Below, one piece after another: positions 63,397-64,000 of a stretch of 64,000 nt of DNA. Numbering within the stretch: the stretch's first letter is position 1; each line of letters begins with the position of its first letter. Below the pieces are notes generated by a model, which ran no database searches, was not told where the DNA came from, and saw only the letters and a list, made by a program, of their open reading frames with translations. The translations under genes were made by a program, and so were the position numbers. The DNA is from Candidatus Saccharimonadota bacterium (GTDB taxonomy: Bacteria > Patescibacteriota > Saccharimonadia > Saccharimonadales > Saccharimonadaceae), in NCBI GenBank assembly GCA_017433245.1, contig JAFRHO010000005.1:27183-91182 (forward strand), in the 5' to 3' direction.

Positions 63397-64000
63397 ATGT
63401 TTTATCGAACGGCGGAGAGCGTTTCTCCAAAACACCCAGACAAACTATGCGACCGGATCTCGGACGCGATTCTAGATACATACTTAGCAGCCGATCCAGA
63501 TGCTAGGGTCGCAGCGGAGACTTGTGGCGGTCACGGCGTGGTGTTTGTGACTGGAGAAATTACCTCAAAAGCACCAGAAGTGGATATACCGGCAATCGTA
63601 CACCGAATCGCAGGTGATGATATGGAAGTTCATACCAAGATTGTGAAACAATCTCCAGAGATTGCCCAGGGCGTTGACACTGGCGGAGCAGGTGACCAGG
63701 GAATTATGATTGGTTATGCTTGTGATGAGACTGATGAGATGTTACCACTCGAAGTGGTATTGTCGCGGCGTTTAAATCAGTTTATTTACGAGAAATTTCC
63801 ATATGATGGTAAGACTCAGGTTACACTGCGCCCAGATGGCAAAGTCGATTCGGTGGTAGCAAGTTTCCAGAATGCTCCATCGAAAGAGCTTGGTGAAAGA
63901 GTGTCAGCATGGTTGGATAAGGAAGGATTTCTTAATAATCGTAGTGCTACCTATTTCTATAAAGCAATACTTGATTCCCCGAAGGATTTCGAATTATTGA
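63397..64000 (+). CDS. metK: S-adenosylmethionine synthetase (truncated by window end)
   Basis: Translation from ATG 63397: TAESVSPKHPDKLCDRISDAILD...GEIT...QSPEIAQGVDTGGAGDQGIMIGYA...DGKTQV. Confidence 0.96.
   Translation, partial: MFYRTAESVSPKHPDKLCDRISDAILDTYLAADPDARVAAETCGGHGVVFVTGEITSKAPEVDIPAIVHRIAGDDMEVHTKIVKQSPEIAQGVDTGGAGDQGIMIGYACDETDEMLPLEVVLSRRLNQFIYEKFPYDGKTQVTLRPDGKVDSVVASFQNAPSKELGERVSAWLDKEGFLNNRSATYFYKAILDSPKDFELL

Noticed and set aside
63922-63990. 10-nt direct repeat GAAGGATTTC in metK
   Set aside because: Offset of 59 nt is out of frame and a chance match is plausible; gene is truncated by the window.
1-64000. CRISPR array, rRNA, tmRNA, transposase, integrase or reverse transcriptase
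   Set aside because: No regularly spaced repeats or matching motifs seen; intergenic gaps are too short, including next to smpB.

Overview
Bacterial chromosomal window in standard genetic code (TGA used as stop). Gene content suggests a Saccharibacteria (TM7, Patescibacteria/CPR) genome; this is an inference from the short EF-Ts, editing-less ProRS, HhH-less UvrC, CPR-type pilin-like protein, Fib_succ_major-type adhesin and DUF916-type protein. It holds housekeeping genes (eno, uvrC, secG, tRNA-Leu(GAG), tsf, rpsB, rpmE2, frr, uppS, rseP, proS, greA, lysS, uvrB, PBP1A, murJ, gatCAB, fusA, tuf, rpsJ, smpB, xth, metK), a ~12 kb Firmicutes-style Wzy-dependent capsule/EPS locus (20068-32290), a split phosphoketolase, a Mur ligase-hydrolase-aminotransferase-FemABX x2 operon and several surface proteins. 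I saw no CRISPR array, rRNA, transposase or integrase. The most striking signals are non-coding. (1) In at least 6-7 transcription units the predicted transcript 5' end is complementary, with sense-strand G-U wobbles, to the segment just before the intrinsic terminator, which suggests an end-to-end 'closed-loop' mRNA architecture. (2) About 18 genes have a -10 box 6-8 nt before the ATG (leaderless), while translation-factor genes keep SD motifs. (3) A ~125-nt nested palindrome sits in frame inside uvrC. (4) Two strong promoters lead directly into terminators with no ORF (tiny RNAs or empty cassettes). All structures were found by eye and are not computationally validated.
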